64,000 nt of DNA, from positions 1-64,000 of the forward strand of contig JBFJCP010000008.1 in the NCBI GenBank assembly GCA_041615815.1. The letters run 5' to 3'. This DNA is from Gemmatimonadales bacterium. Its GTDB lineage: Bacteria > Gemmatimonadota > Gemmatimonadetes > Gemmatimonadales > GWC2-71-9. A program made the position numbers and the translations under genes. The notes under the pieces were generated by a model. That model worked only from the letters and a program-made list of their open reading frames with translations, searched no databases and had not been told where the DNA came from. Below are positions 9,689-19,393 of this stretch, one piece after another (within the stretch, counting starts at the first letter, position 1; each line of letters opens with the position of its first letter).

Positions 9689-10992
9689 ACCGTCGCGAGC
9701 GCGTTGCCGACGATCTGGCTGAATCGCCAGACCTCGTGGAAGGTGTTGTAGAACGGCACGGGGGCTACGCGGACGACATCAGGCTCGCGAAAATCAGCAA
9801 CTACGTCCCGCGCCGACATGGCATCGAAGAACGCTCGCCCCTGCTGCGGCAGGCGGATGGACAGCTGACAACCTCGAAAGGCGGGATCGGTGGGGGAGAT
9901 GATTGCGGGCGGATGGGGGATCGTCCGTTGGAGAAGAAACTCGAGATAACCGGTCAGTAGCACCGATTTCTCGCGCAAGCTCAGGATCCCTGCCTGGGCA
10001 AACAGATCGAGTGACGGGCGTAGGGCGGCCATCGACAAGATAGGGGGATTGCTGAGCTGCCAGCCATCCGCCGTCCGTTGGGGGACGAAGTCCCGCTGGA
10101 CGTGCATCTGAAATCGTGTAACGGGATCGTTTCCCCACCAGCCGGCAAAGCGAGATACGGAGGGATCGTGGGTGTGGCGCTCATGCACGAAGCACCCGCC
10201 CACACACCCCGGACCACCGTTGAGATACTTGTACGAGCACCAAACGGCAAAATCGACGTCCCAGTGGTGAAGCAGCAGCGGGACATTTCCAATGGCGTGC
10301 GCCAGATCAAGACCCACTACGCATCCGCGGCGTCGAGCGGCGGCAGTGACCGCCGGAATGTCGAACCACTGACCGCTGTAGTAGTTGACAGCGCCCAGCA
10401 TCACGAGCGCGATCTGGTGCCCCTCAGCATCGAGGAGCTGCTCAATGTCCTCTGTCCGCACCAGATCTTCACCGGGGCGAGGGCACACTTCGAGCAGCCC
10501 GCTCTCCGGATCGAAGCCGTGCCAGGCCAATTGGGACTGCATAGCGTAGCGGTCCGAGGGGAAGGCATTGCCCTCGATGAGGATCTTGTGTCGCTCCGGA
10601 GTTGGACGATAGAACGACACCATCATGAGGTGGAGGTTGACGGTGAGGCCGTTCATCGCCACCACCTCCTCGGGCTTCGCTCCCGCGAGCGCGGCCAGTG
10701 GCGCCCGAAACGCCTCGTGATACGAATACCACGGGTGCTGGGCTTTGAAGTGCCCGTCCACCGCAAGCGCGGCCCACGCGTCTAGTTCATGGTCCAACGC
10801 GGCGGGCACAGCCAACGGCATGAGCCCGAGCGAGTTGCCGCAGAAATAAATCCGTGGCTCACCGCGCTGATTGAGCGGGAGAGCGAATCGCTTCCGAAAC
10901 TCGGCCAGCGCATCCTCCCGATCCAGCTCTAAGGCGAATGCTTCGTCCGGTCGAAAGTGTACCTCGTGCGCCATTGACGGAGCCGAGCTCAT
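9685..10992 (-). CDS. kynU: Kynureninase (PLP)
   Basis: YFCGNSLGL, MNGLTVNLHLMMVSFY, AFPSDRYA, DLAHAIGN, WCSYKYLNGGPG, WQLSNPP. Confidence 0.95.
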   Translation of the reverse strand: MSSAPSMAHEVHFRPDEAFALELDREDALAEFRKRFALPLNQRGEPRIYFCGNSLGLMPLAVPAALDHELDAWAALAVDGHFKAQHPWYSYHEAFRAPLAALAGAKPEEVVAMNGLTVNLHLMMVSFYRPTPERHKILIEGNAFPSDRYAMQSQLAWHGFDPESGLLEVCPRPGEDLVRTEDIEQLLDAEGHQIALVMLGAVNYYSGQWFDIPAVTAAARRRGCVVGLDLAHAIGNVPLLLHHWDVDFAVWCSYKYLNGGPGCVGGCFVHERHTHDPSVSRFAGWWGNDPVTRFQMHVQRDFVPQRTADGWQLSNPPILSMAALRPSLDLFAQAGILSLREKSVLLTGYLEFLLQRTIPHPPAIISPTDPAFRGCQLSIRLPQQGRAFFDAMSARDVVADFREPDVVRVAPVPFYNTFHEVWRFSQIVGNALATV

Positions 10993-12020
10993 GACCCACT
11001 GACGAAATCGTGGGCGTCCAGGGCGAGAAACTCGAGCGCCGTCCCCGCCAGAAGACGGTCTCTCACGTCCACCGGGAGATCCATGGATTCGATGAGGCGC
11101 CCAGGATGCGCCTCGCCCAATGGGAAAGGAAAGTCCGAGCCGAGAGCCACTCGCTGTGGCCCAATGAGTTTCAAAAGATGGACCAACAGGTCCGGGTCAT
11201 GGACCAACGAATCCGTGTAGAACGAACCGAGGTACGTGCGTGGGCTCTTTCGATTATCCACGGCACAGAGATCTGGTCGAACCCGAAAGCCATGTTCGAT
11301 CCTGCCAATCGTGCCGGGAAAGGAGCCTCCACCATGGGCAAACGCGATGCGGAGAGTGGGGAGCCTCTCGAGCACGCCGCCGAAGATGACAGAGCAGATT
11401 GCCAGCGCACTTTCAGCAGGCATACCCACGAGCCAAGGCAGCCAATACTTGGGCATTCGTTCTCTTCCCATCATGTCCCACGGATGCACGAAGACGGCGG
11501 CGCCCAGTTCGGCCGCGCACTCGAAGACAGGAAAGAGCTCCGGGGCATCGAGATTCCAGTCGTTCACGTGGCTGCCGATCTGGACACCAGCGAGTCCTAG
11601 CTCCCGAACACATCGCTCGAGCTCCCGCACCGCCAGATCCGGTGCTTGCATGGGGAGGGTTCCCAAGCCGACGAATCGTGTTGGATGATCCCGGACGACG
11701 CCGCAAATGTGATCATTCAGCAGACCGGCAAGGTCGAGCGCGTGCGCCGGCTGTGCCCAGTAGCTGAACATTACGGGAACGGTGGACAGCACCTGAACGG
11801 AGACACCATGCCGGTCGCACTCCTCGATGCGCCGCTCAGGCGACCAGCAGTTGGGTTCGACCTCACGAAAAAACCGATCATCGATCATCAGCCGGGCGCA
11901 ACCAGGCCCCGTGTGCTCGATGTGTAAGAACCCCCCGTACCCGTACCGTTCACGAAGATCCGGCCACCGTTCCGGGAGGATGTGGGTGTGGATGTCGATC
12001 TTCAGAGATGTGCCCACCAA
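10989..12020 (-). CDS. nbaD: 2-amino-3-carboxymuconate-6-semialdehyde decarboxylase (ACMSD, amidohydrolase)
   Basis: IDIHTHILP, LSTVPVMFSYW, FVHPWDM, YWLPWLVGMPAE, AHGGGSFP, LGSDFPFPLGE. Confidence 0.92.
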   Translation of the reverse strand: MVGTSLKIDIHTHILPERWPDLRERYGYGGFLHIEHTGPGCARLMIDDRFFREVEPNCWSPERRIEECDRHGVSVQVLSTVPVMFSYWAQPAHALDLAGLLNDHICGVVRDHPTRFVGLGTLPMQAPDLAVRELERCVRELGLAGVQIGSHVNDWNLDAPELFPVFECAAELGAAVFVHPWDMMGRERMPKYWLPWLVGMPAESALAICSVIFGGVLERLPTLRIAFAHGGGSFPGTIGRIEHGFRVRPDLCAVDNRKSPRTYLGSFYTDSLVHDPDLLVHLLKLIGPQRVALGSDFPFPLGEAHPGRLIESMDLPVDVRDRLLAGTALEFLALDAHDFVSGS

Positions 12021-12027
12021 CGACGGC

Positions 12028-12558
12028 TCAGCTCGCCGTTGCTGGAGCCGGTACCTCCATGACGGTACCGCATTTCTTGCAGGTTCTTAGCTTCTCATCA
12101 CCGTAGAATTTCTCGATAACGGGCTTGAGCTGGCTTCCGAGATCGACCAGTTCGAAGGACGCGTCGAAAAGAAGACCGTCGCACTTGTCGCAATACCATT
12201 GTAGGTGGTCTCGCTCCCCTGAGCGGCGACGGCGCTCGACCACCAACCCAATGGTGTTGGCCGGTCGCTGCGGTGAGTGTGGAATCTTGGGTGGCAGTAG
12301 AAACACATCGCCCTCACGAATTTTGACGTCCTGCTTCTTGCCCCCTTCGATGATTCGCAGGGTGATGTCTCCCTCAATCTGATAGAAAAACTCCTCACCG
12401 TCCTCGACGTGGAAGTCCTTCCGCTGGTTCGGCCCACCCACGACCATCACGAGAAACTCACCGTCGCCCCATACCATCTTGTTGCCAACCGGCGGCTTGA
12501 GCAGATCCCGATGCTCGTCGACCCACTGTCTCAGATTGAATGCCGTTCGTTGAGACAT
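12028..12558 (-). CDS. nbaC: 3-hydroxyanthranilate 3,4-dioxygenase
   Basis: LLKPPVGNK, VGGPNQRKDFH...EEFFYQ, PHSPQRP, and rubredoxin-like WYCDKC...TCKKCG. Confidence 0.95.
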   Translation of the reverse strand: MSQRTAFNLRQWVDEHRDLLKPPVGNKMVWGDGEFLVMVVGGPNQRKDFHVEDGEEFFYQIEGDITLRIIEGGKKQDVKIREGDVFLLPPKIPHSPQRPANTIGLVVERRRRSGERDHLQWYCDKCDGLLFDASFELVDLGSQLKPVIEKFYGDEKLRTCKKCGTVMEVPAPATAS

Positions 12559-12687
12559 GGTGAACTCCCCCCAGAGCTGATTGTTACCCTTGCTGACGAT
12601 CTTCTGTTTAGCACGTTTGGGACAGCGAAGCAACCCAGGTCCGACACGCCCGCGTGACGTCGACAGGGTTCATGCCCGGACACGTCC

Positions 12688-13359
12688 TCAATCGCCGTAC
12701 TCAAGCCTATCGCCCGGCTCCAAAACGCGAACCGGCACTCCGTCGGGTGTGAAGGCGGAAGCGTCGGCAACCAAGAGCGGCCATGTCTTGTAGTGGATTG
12801 GCACGGCAATGTTGGGATTGATCCACTCCGCAGCTCGCGTGGCGAGCTCGGGACCCATCGTAAACCGATCCCCGATGGGGATGAGGGCGATATCGGGTCG
12901 ATAGATCTCGCCAATCAGCTTCATGTCGCTAAACAACGCCGTATCACCACAATGATAAACGGTCACCCCACCGAGATGGACCACGATCCCACAGGGCATC
13001 CCCATATAGTGCCCATTGTATGACGACGAGTGGAAGGCCTGCGTGAAGGCCACCCAGCCAAAGTCGGTGACGATCTTGCCACCGGGGTTCCCCGGTTCCG
13101 TCTCGACGCCTTGCTCGGCGAGGTACTCGGCAATCTCGAACGCACCGTAGACCGTGGCATCGTTGGCCTTGGCGATGGCGACGGTGTCACCGAGGTGATC
13201 GGCATGCCCGTGTGTCAGGACGATGTGCTGGCAGCGCACGTCACTGGCAGGGATGGTGGCGACCGGGTTTCCCGTCAGGAAGGGGTCGATCGCGAGCGCC
13301 GTATCGCCGGATTCCAAGAGAAACGCCGCGTGTCCAAGAAACGTGAGCGTGACCGCCAT
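12688..13359 (-). CDS. Metal-dependent hydrolase, metallo-beta-lactamase fold (UPF0173-like)
   Basis: FLGHA, IDPFLTGNP, THGHADH, AFHSSS, YHCGDT, PIGDRFTM, PIHY. Confidence 0.9.
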   Translation of the reverse strand: MAVTLTFLGHAAFLLESGDTALAIDPFLTGNPVATIPASDVRCQHIVLTHGHADHLGDTVAIAKANDATVYGAFEIAEYLAEQGVETEPGNPGGKIVTDFGWVAFTQAFHSSSYNGHYMGMPCGIVVHLGGVTVYHCGDTALFSDMKLIGEIYRPDIALIPIGDRFTMGPELATRAAEWINPNIAVPIHYKTWPLLVADASAFTPDGVPVRVLEPGDRLEYGD

Positions 13360-13542
13360 ACTCTTTCCCCATGGATGATGTCCGTACTGCGTGACCCGCG
13401 ATGATCATCGGCAGGCGCACGAAGACGCGCACGACCGGCCATGGTCTCCATGATAACGCGAATGACGGGGATGTGGCGTACGAGCCCCTCGCGGAGGCCG
13501 CGGGGCTACGTCAGAGGGGATACGTGGCGGGTGCGCGGAGGC

Positions 13543-13755
13543 TCAGGCGCTCAACCGGCCAGTGCCGCGGCAATACGGACAGTCGGTGGATGCCGCATAG
13601 CCAAAGGGACCGCCCGCACCTCGTCCCCCGCAGAAGGGACAGGGCTCTGTTCCACGGTTCTTGAACGCGGCGAGCTCACGACCGAGTTCGAGGCGCTTGC
13701 GGTCGGCCAAGCAAGGACCGTCGTGGTCCGCGAGACAGCTGTCACACCATGCCAT
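13543..13755 (-). CDS. Small cysteine-rich protein with DnaJ-type zinc-finger motifs
   Basis: AGGAGG RBS 8 nt before ATG; CPFCGGRG and CPYCRGTG motifs plus N-terminal CDSC...H...C. Confidence 0.7.
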   Translation of the reverse strand: MAWCDSCLADHDGPCLADRKRLELGRELAAFKNRGTEPCPFCGGRGAGGPFGYAASTDCPYCRGTGRLSA

Positions 13756-14199
13756 CGGGGAGTCCTCCTGTCACGTCACGGACGCCCACAGATCCATCGT
13801 GGCGCGCCGCCGCGACACCCCTAAATGAGCGCAATTTCTGGGCCCAAGCGGGGAGCCTCCACAGGGACGTCCGGAGAGCGCTGGTGCGCACGCCTACCCA
13901 TGCCACGCACGGCAACCCCTGCATCCGCTGAGCCGCCCGGCCAGAACAGGTGCCCTCTGCGCCCCCCACGGCGCGCGTCCCATCGAGACCTCCAGACGGC
14001 TGGTCACGGCAAGTGTCCACGTCGACACGCGACAGCGCGACTGCAGACCTCGTGACTGTTGAGCGCTACGACTGCCTCACTTCAGCGGGTGCAGCATCGT
14101 TGCCCTAATGTGACAACTGGCGCCCCCCTCCGACGGAGGCCTGGAGCGAGCGTTTCGAGCGGTTAAGTTGTAGCAGGGTACCTCTCGAGGAGCCGTGCC

Positions 14200-15213
14200 A
14201 TGAAGCCGCTCGTCACGTTCGCCGCAGGATCCATGTTTCTCAGCGCGCTCGCGATCCCACTCACCATCGACCGCGACCCGCCCCCGGAACCCGGCGACCC
14301 GGTGATCCAGGAGTGGACGGTTCCATGGGAGGCATCCCGCCCCAGGGACCCCTACGTCGACCGCCAGGGAATCGTCTGGTTCGTCGGACAGCGGGCCGAT
14401 TACGTGGCGTCACTCGATCCGGAAACCGGTGAGTTCGAGCGGTACGATCTCGAGGAAGGCGCAGGCCCGCACAATCTCATCGTCGACGACGACGGAATAG
14501 TCTGGTATGCCGGGAATCGCGCCGCCCACATCGGCAAGCTCGATCCCAAGGCCCGTTCCATCACCAAGATCCCGATGCCTGACCCTGCCGCCCGCGATCC
14601 CCACACCTTGGTGTTCGACTCGGCTGGGGACATCTGGTTCACGGCTCAGGGCGCCAACTTCGTCGGCAAGCTCACGGTGGCAAATTCCGAGGTGCACCTC
14701 ATCCCGGTTGCCACTCCTCGTTCGCGACCGTATGGCATCGTCGTGGATGCCAATGACCGACCGTGGATCGCAGAGTTTGGAACCAACAAGCTCGCGACGG
14801 TGGACCCGGGGACGATGGAGATTACCGAGATCGACCTACCCCGTTCCGGCGCTCGCCCGCGGCGACTGGGGGTCACTTCGGACGGCGCGGTGTGGTACGT
14901 GGATTATGCGGAGGGATTCCTCGGCCGGTACGACCCCACCACCGGCGGTTTTCAGGATTGGCCCGCTCCGGCAGGAACCGCCTCCCGGCCGTACGGCATG
15001 GCGGTCGACGACCGTGACCGGATCTGGTTCGTGGAATCGGGCCCCGACCCCAACCGGTTCGTGGGATTTGACACGAAGGTCATGGAGTACGTCAGCGTGA
15101 CCGAAATCGGCAGTGGAGGTGGCACGGTGCGCCACATGATGTTCCATGCGCCCACTCGGACCGTGTGGTTCGGCACCGATACCAATACGATTGGCCGGGC
15201 GCGCTTACCGTAG
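14200..15213 (+). CDS. Vgb (virginiamycin B lyase)-like secreted beta-propeller protein
   Basis: Signal peptide; repeated PxG/H-x-x-D-x-x-G-x-WF/Y blades (RPRDPYVD, GPHNLIVD, DPHTLVFD, RPYGIVVD); GAGGAG RBS. Confidence 0.85.
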   Translation: MKPLVTFAAGSMFLSALAIPLTIDRDPPPEPGDPVIQEWTVPWEASRPRDPYVDRQGIVWFVGQRADYVASLDPETGEFERYDLEEGAGPHNLIVDDDGIVWYAGNRAAHIGKLDPKARSITKIPMPDPAARDPHTLVFDSAGDIWFTAQGANFVGKLTVANSEVHLIPVATPRSRPYGIVVDANDRPWIAEFGTNKLATVDPGTMEITEIDLPRSGARPRRLGVTSDGAVWYVDYAEGFLGRYDPTTGGFQDWPAPAGTASRPYGMAVDDRDRIWFVESGPDPNRFVGFDTKVMEYVSVTEIGSGGGTVRHMMFHAPTRTVWFGTDTNTIGRARLP

Positions 15214-15793
15214 CGGGATCTGGGGCTGCCTCCTAGGCGGCGCGGTCATCGGCCTGGGATCGGTTGTCGCATCCGAGCCCAGGCCGTATGCCGACGGGCC
15301 ACCGGCCGGCCATACGGGAGGCTTCGGCGAACCGACATGTCATCAGTGTCATGCCGACCGCCCGATCAACGACGTGAGCGCGCACCTCCGGGTCGCCGGC
15401 GTGCCGACGCGCTACGTGCCGGGGACGTGGTATACGATCACCCTCGGGCTCCGTCATGCGGAGATGGGGCGTGCCGGCTTTCAGCTCGCAGCCCGATACA
15501 TCGATCCCGGCTTTGCCGGGACGCAAGCCGGCACATTCCGTCCCGTGGACGACCGTGTACAGATCCAGCTCGATAGCGCCACGTCCGTGCAGTACGTTGC
15601 CCATACCCAGCCAGGTACGTCGCTCAGTGGCACGGGCGAAGCGATATGGACGGTGCAATGGCTCGCCCCGGCTACTGCCGGCACGATCACCATTCACGTC
15701 GCGGCAAATGCGGCGAACGACGACGATTCGGAGTTTGGTGACGTCATCGTTGCGCAACGTCTGTTCACGCGATCGACGTACCGGGAACCTTAG
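15191..15793 (+). CDS. Secreted Reeler/choice-of-anchor-V-like protein with CxxCH motif
   Basis: GPPAGHTGGFGEPTCHQCH, YVPGTWYTITL, GFQLAA, WTVQWLAP, HVAANAAN. Start uncertain (TTG 15191 chosen). Confidence 0.7.
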   Translation: MAGRAYRSGIWGCLLGGAVIGLGSVVASEPRPYADGPPAGHTGGFGEPTCHQCHADRPINDVSAHLRVAGVPTRYVPGTWYTITLGLRHAEMGRAGFQLAARYIDPGFAGTQAGTFRPVDDRVQIQLDSATSVQYVAHTQPGTSLSGTGEAIWTVQWLAPATAGTITIHVAANAANDDDSEFGDVIVAQRLFTRSTYREP

Positions 15794-15826
15794 CGCCGCT
15801 TGCCGTCTCGAATACGGCCAATCCGA

Positions 15827-16039
15827 TCAGCCGTGTCCACCTACGACAAACGAAACCTTTGCGTTGACTCTGTACTCCTGGATCTTGCCCTTCTCCACGG
15901 TACACGAAAAATTGTCGATCCACACCGACTTGATGCCCTTTACAGTCTTCGACGCCTCCGCGACCGCATTCCGCGTTGCGTCTTCGAAACCCTTTTCTGA
16001 CTGAGCGATGATCTCGATAACCTTCACGATCGAACTCAT
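15827..16039 (-). CDS. Dodecin family protein
   Basis: MSSIVKVIEIIAQSEKGFEDA..NAV.EASKTV...EYRVNAKVSF; GGAGG RBS. Confidence 0.9.
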   Translation of the reverse strand: MSSIVKVIEIIAQSEKGFEDATRNAVAEASKTVKGIKSVWIDNFSCTVEKGKIQEYRVNAKVSFVVGGHG

Positions 16040-16084
16040 GGCACCTCCATGCACCTGACGTTTCGAGGGGATTAGCGGAGCTCG

Positions 16085-16621
16085 TTACCCAACCGGAATG
16101 ACTGTGCTCGCTTGTGGTCCCTTTTCGCCCTCTTCTTGCACAAAGCGTACAGCCGCCCCAACGGCGAGCCGCTCGAATGCTCCATCGACCACGCTCCGCG
16201 CATCGAAGTAGACGGTGTGCCCGTCCGGGGTCCCGAGAAACCCGTACTCTCCGAGGGGGTAGATCTCCCGGACCTTGGCCACTGGCTGGGGTGATTCATG
16301 CGATTTCACTTCACCACGTTGTCTCGCCGCAAACTTCCTCAGCTTCCGCTCTGCGGCCGCGAATGCCTTTTGAATGGCACTGATGAGTGTATCACCCGGT
16401 TTACGATCCACGATCAATTCACCGCCCGGGACGGTGATATCGACACGTACCGTGTAGGAAGCCCCTGACCGACGATGCCGGTGTGGGACCTCCACAGCGA
16501 CGCGACAGCTCATGAGCCGCCCGTAGATCGCCTCGAGTTTCGAGGCCCGTTGCTGGATAGCTTCTTCTTCAGCGGGTGAGATCTCGGTGTTCCGTGCGGT
16601 GATTTTGAGGGGCACCTGCAT
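16085..16621 (-). CDS. HPF/RaiA ribosome-associated domain fused to a cold-shock domain
   Basis: MQVPLKITARN...SCRVAVEVPHRH...VRVDITVPGGEL; C-terminal YGFL.TPDG..VYF...GEKGPQASTV. Confidence 0.88.
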   Translation of the reverse strand: MQVPLKITARNTEISPAEEEAIQQRASKLEAIYGRLMSCRVAVEVPHRHRRSGASYTVRVDITVPGGELIVDRKPGDTLISAIQKAFAAAERKLRKFAARQRGEVKSHESPQPVAKVREIYPLGEYGFLGTPDGHTVYFDARSVVDGAFERLAVGAAVRFVQEEGEKGPQASTVIPVG

Positions 16622-16791
16622 CGGATGTCCTTTCCTCATCAACAGAGAAGGTGTGGGGATACCGGGGAACGGGGCCGGCGACTCGGTCGTGAGCAGCGAC
16701 GAGGGAAACCCCCATGCTGTGCAGATACCGCCCAAACCAAGAGACGGCAAGTCTCGCCCCGTTGCGAGGCGGCCATGCGTTCCCCGGGGGG

Positions 16792-17463
16792 TCACGAAAC
16801 AGCGACCGAGGAGCCGTCTGGACTGAGGGACTGCCGGCGTTTGAGCAAGCGACACACCTCTTCGTTGGTCGTGGGCGTAAAATCGACGTAGTGCTCGCCC
16901 ACCGAAACGAAGCCCGGGGGACTCTCGAGGCATATCACCTGATCCGCCCGCTGGCTTAACTTGTGCACCGCCGGCTGGGAAGCCGTTGGGAGAGCGACAA
17001 TGACTCGTGCGGGACCTTGCCGGCGCAGGAGGTCGATCGCCGCCTGCATGGTGCTTCCCGTGGCCGCGCCATCGTCCACCAGGACCACCGTCTGGCCTCG
17101 GGCATTGAGGGTCGGTCGGGCTCCCCGATACTGCGCGGCGAGGCGAGTAGCCTCGGCACGAGCCTGTTGAATCGCATACTCGACGTAGGTCTCCGGAACT
17201 CGCAGCGACACGAGGATGTCTGGATCCAACACCACCACTTCGCCCGAAACGGCGCCAATGGCCAGTTCTTCGTGGCCCGGTGCGCCGAGCTTGCGAACCA
17301 CGAGCACGTCCAATGGTGCGTGGAGTTTGAGGGCCACCTCGTACCCCACCGGGACCCCGCCTCGAGGCAGGGCGAGCACCATGGGTGTTTCGCCCGGGAG
17401 AATCCGTCGCTCGACTTCCATGCCCAAACGCCGACCGGCGTCAGATCGATTCGCGAATGCCAT
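16792..17463 (-). CDS. Phosphoribosyltransferase (Rv0571c-like)
   Basis: FANRSDAGRRL, LALPRGGVPVG, VRKLGAPGHEELAIGA, VVLVDDGAATGSTM PRPP motif. Confidence 0.9.
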   Translation of the reverse strand: MAFANRSDAGRRLGMEVERRILPGETPMVLALPRGGVPVGYEVALKLHAPLDVLVVRKLGAPGHEELAIGAVSGEVVVLDPDILVSLRVPETYVEYAIQQARAEATRLAAQYRGARPTLNARGQTVVLVDDGAATGSTMQAAIDLLRRQGPARVIVALPTASQPAVHKLSQRADQVICLESPPGFVSVGEHYVDFTPTTNEEVCRLLKRRQSLSPDGSSVAVS

Positions 17464-17682
17464 TGGTCCTCCTCGCCACTCCACCACCTGCAATGTCCAC
17501 CGATCGCGGTGAAGGAAGCGTGAAGCGACGCTCATGACCGCTTTACCGCCAAGTACCACCGTCCAGCGTTGGCGTCTCGATCAGTCTAAAGGCGATTTCA
17601 CAGCCGATTCGCGCCCTGTAGGGGTACCGAGCGCTAAACCTCCGGCTGGGTGGCCCGCGTTCAGACGTCTGTGGAGGTGATC

Positions 17683-18585
17683 ATGACATCGAATACCATC
17701 CTCGTCCCCCTAGACGGCTCGGCATTCGGCGAGGCAGCAGTCCCGGTTGCTCTCGGGCTCGCGCGGAGCCTGGACTTGGGAATCGAGTTTGTCTCCGTCT
17801 TCGAGGACGAGCCCGTGGTGGCCACATGGCAGGTGTCAGCAGTCGAGATGCGCTCCCTGCTCATCGACTATCTCAAAGCCATCTCGGACCGCGTTGCGGC
17901 GGATTCGGATGTCCCGATCAAGTCGACCGTGCTCGGGGGTTCGGTCACCGGGACCCTGGAGGCCCACGTCAGCGCCAAGAGCCCAGCCCTCGTCGTAATG
18001 GCGACCCACGGGCGCGGCCCCGTGAGCCGCGCGTGGCTCGGTAGTGTCGCGGACCATGTCACGCGTCACGTATCCATGCCCGTGCTCCTCGTCCGACCCG
18101 AGAACGGTGAAAAGGTCGAGCTCACCGACGCACACCAATTCCGCCACATTCTGATCCCGCTCGACGGATCGGACCGTGCAGAAAACGCCCTGCCGTGGGC
18201 CACTCGCATCGCCAGCGGCACCGGTGCGGCGATGACGTTGATGCGCGTCGTGCCTCCCCCGGCGTCACTCACCTCCCCCTACCTGCCCCACGCCATTCAG
18301 GACGTGCAGGAGGCCCTGCGATCGGGGCAGCGTGAAGCGAGTGATTACCTCCTCGGCGTCGCGGCGCGACTCGTGCGAGAGGGATTACCCAAGCCGAAGG
18401 ACGTGGTTGCCGTCGGAGTTGCAGCGGCATCCGCCATCATCCGACAAGCCGAAGAATCCGGTGTGGACCTGATCACCATCACTACGCATGGCCGCGGCGG
18501 ACTCCCGCGGCTCGTGCTGGGCAGCGTCGCCGACAAGGTGGTGCGCGGAGCCCATGCGGCGGTTCTCGTGAACCGGACCAGGTAA
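17683..18585 (+). CDS. Universal stress protein (tandem USP domains)
   Basis: Two ILV/IPLDGS ... THGRG...LGSVAD repeats; GGAGG RBS. Confidence 0.93.
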   Translation: MTSNTILVPLDGSAFGEAAVPVALGLARSLDLGIEFVSVFEDEPVVATWQVSAVEMRSLLIDYLKAISDRVAADSDVPIKSTVLGGSVTGTLEAHVSAKSPALVVMATHGRGPVSRAWLGSVADHVTRHVSMPVLLVRPENGEKVELTDAHQFRHILIPLDGSDRAENALPWATRIASGTGAAMTLMRVVPPPASLTSPYLPHAIQDVQEALRSGQREASDYLLGVAARLVREGLPKPKDVVAVGVAAASAIIRQAEESGVDLITITTHGRGGLPRLVLGSVADKVVRGAHAAVLVNRTR

Positions 18586-18659
18586 CAGCTGTTTCCCGCC
18601 CGATTGCCCTACCGGACAACTTCCGGCAGTTTGGACGGACCTCCAGCAGGGAACGTCCC

Positions 18660-19064
18660 ATGCCTACCAAGCCTGTCCTCGGATTCGTGATGCTCTGGAT
18701 CATGGCCTGTAGTGGGGGTCGAGCGTTCGGCAAGGTCGATGGAGGAGAGGTCCAGCTGGTCGGGCAAGTGGATGCGGATTACTTCGTCGCACAGCTCGAC
18801 CAACTCGATCCCTGGTTTGAGGCGTGCTACGTGCGTGTGCTGCGCCGTGATCGCGCAATTGAAGGGGTGATTCGACTCGGGATGCGGGGCGGCGGCGGCC
18901 AGCTCGTGCCCGCAATTCTGGAGAACGGCACGAATAGCGAGGAACTCGCGCAATGCGTGGAGAACGCATTCACCGACGTCACATTGGTGGAGCCCGCCGG
19001 GTCGGAGCCGTGGGACTTCACGGCCGAATGGCCGGTTACGTTCTCACAGATCCGCCGCCCGTAA
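18660..19064 (+). CDS. Hypothetical lipoprotein with AgmX/PglI (TonB-C-like) domain
   Basis: IMAC lipobox; ACYVRVLRRDRAIEGVI...ELAQCV...WPVTF pattern. Confidence 0.6.
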   Translation: MPTKPVLGFVMLWIMACSGGRAFGKVDGGEVQLVGQVDADYFVAQLDQLDPWFEACYVRVLRRDRAIEGVIRLGMRGGGGQLVPAILENGTNSEELAQCVENAFTDVTLVEPAGSEPWDFTAEWPVTFSQIRRP

Positions 19065-19322
19065 CCCGCGACGACGAATGACCTTCCTCGTTTCGACTGA
19101 GGGGGTTCGGTCCTTGCTTCATCATGCGCCGTATTCTTCTCTCAACGACCCCAGGCTTCGAGCAGATACGGCTGCGCCCTAGCGTCAACGCACGCTGCTT
19201 GATTCGTGACTCCCCAAAAACCGCAACACCAAAGTCGTTTTCTGGCCCACAGCTCGATCACCGGGGCGCAACAGCGCGACAGCGACACATCTCGGCCCCT
19301 CCAGTGGTACAGATCTGTTACT

Positions 19323-19337
19323 TGGCATGGGTACTGC
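19323..19337 (+). promoter_or_regulatory. Candidate sigma-54 (-24/-12) promoter
   Basis: TGGCAT-GGGTA-CTGC with exact GG-N10-GC spacing, 56 nt upstream of the ORF at 19394. Confidence 0.5.
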
Positions 19338-19393
19338 CTGGGGCAGCGCGACGTTAGCATCCTCACCGACCCGTTCTGCGGAGTGCCGGACTG

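Noticed and set aside
14200..15213. Streptogramin resistance gene
   Set aside because: Secreted Vgb-like propellers are widespread; there is no evidence of resistance function from sequence alone.
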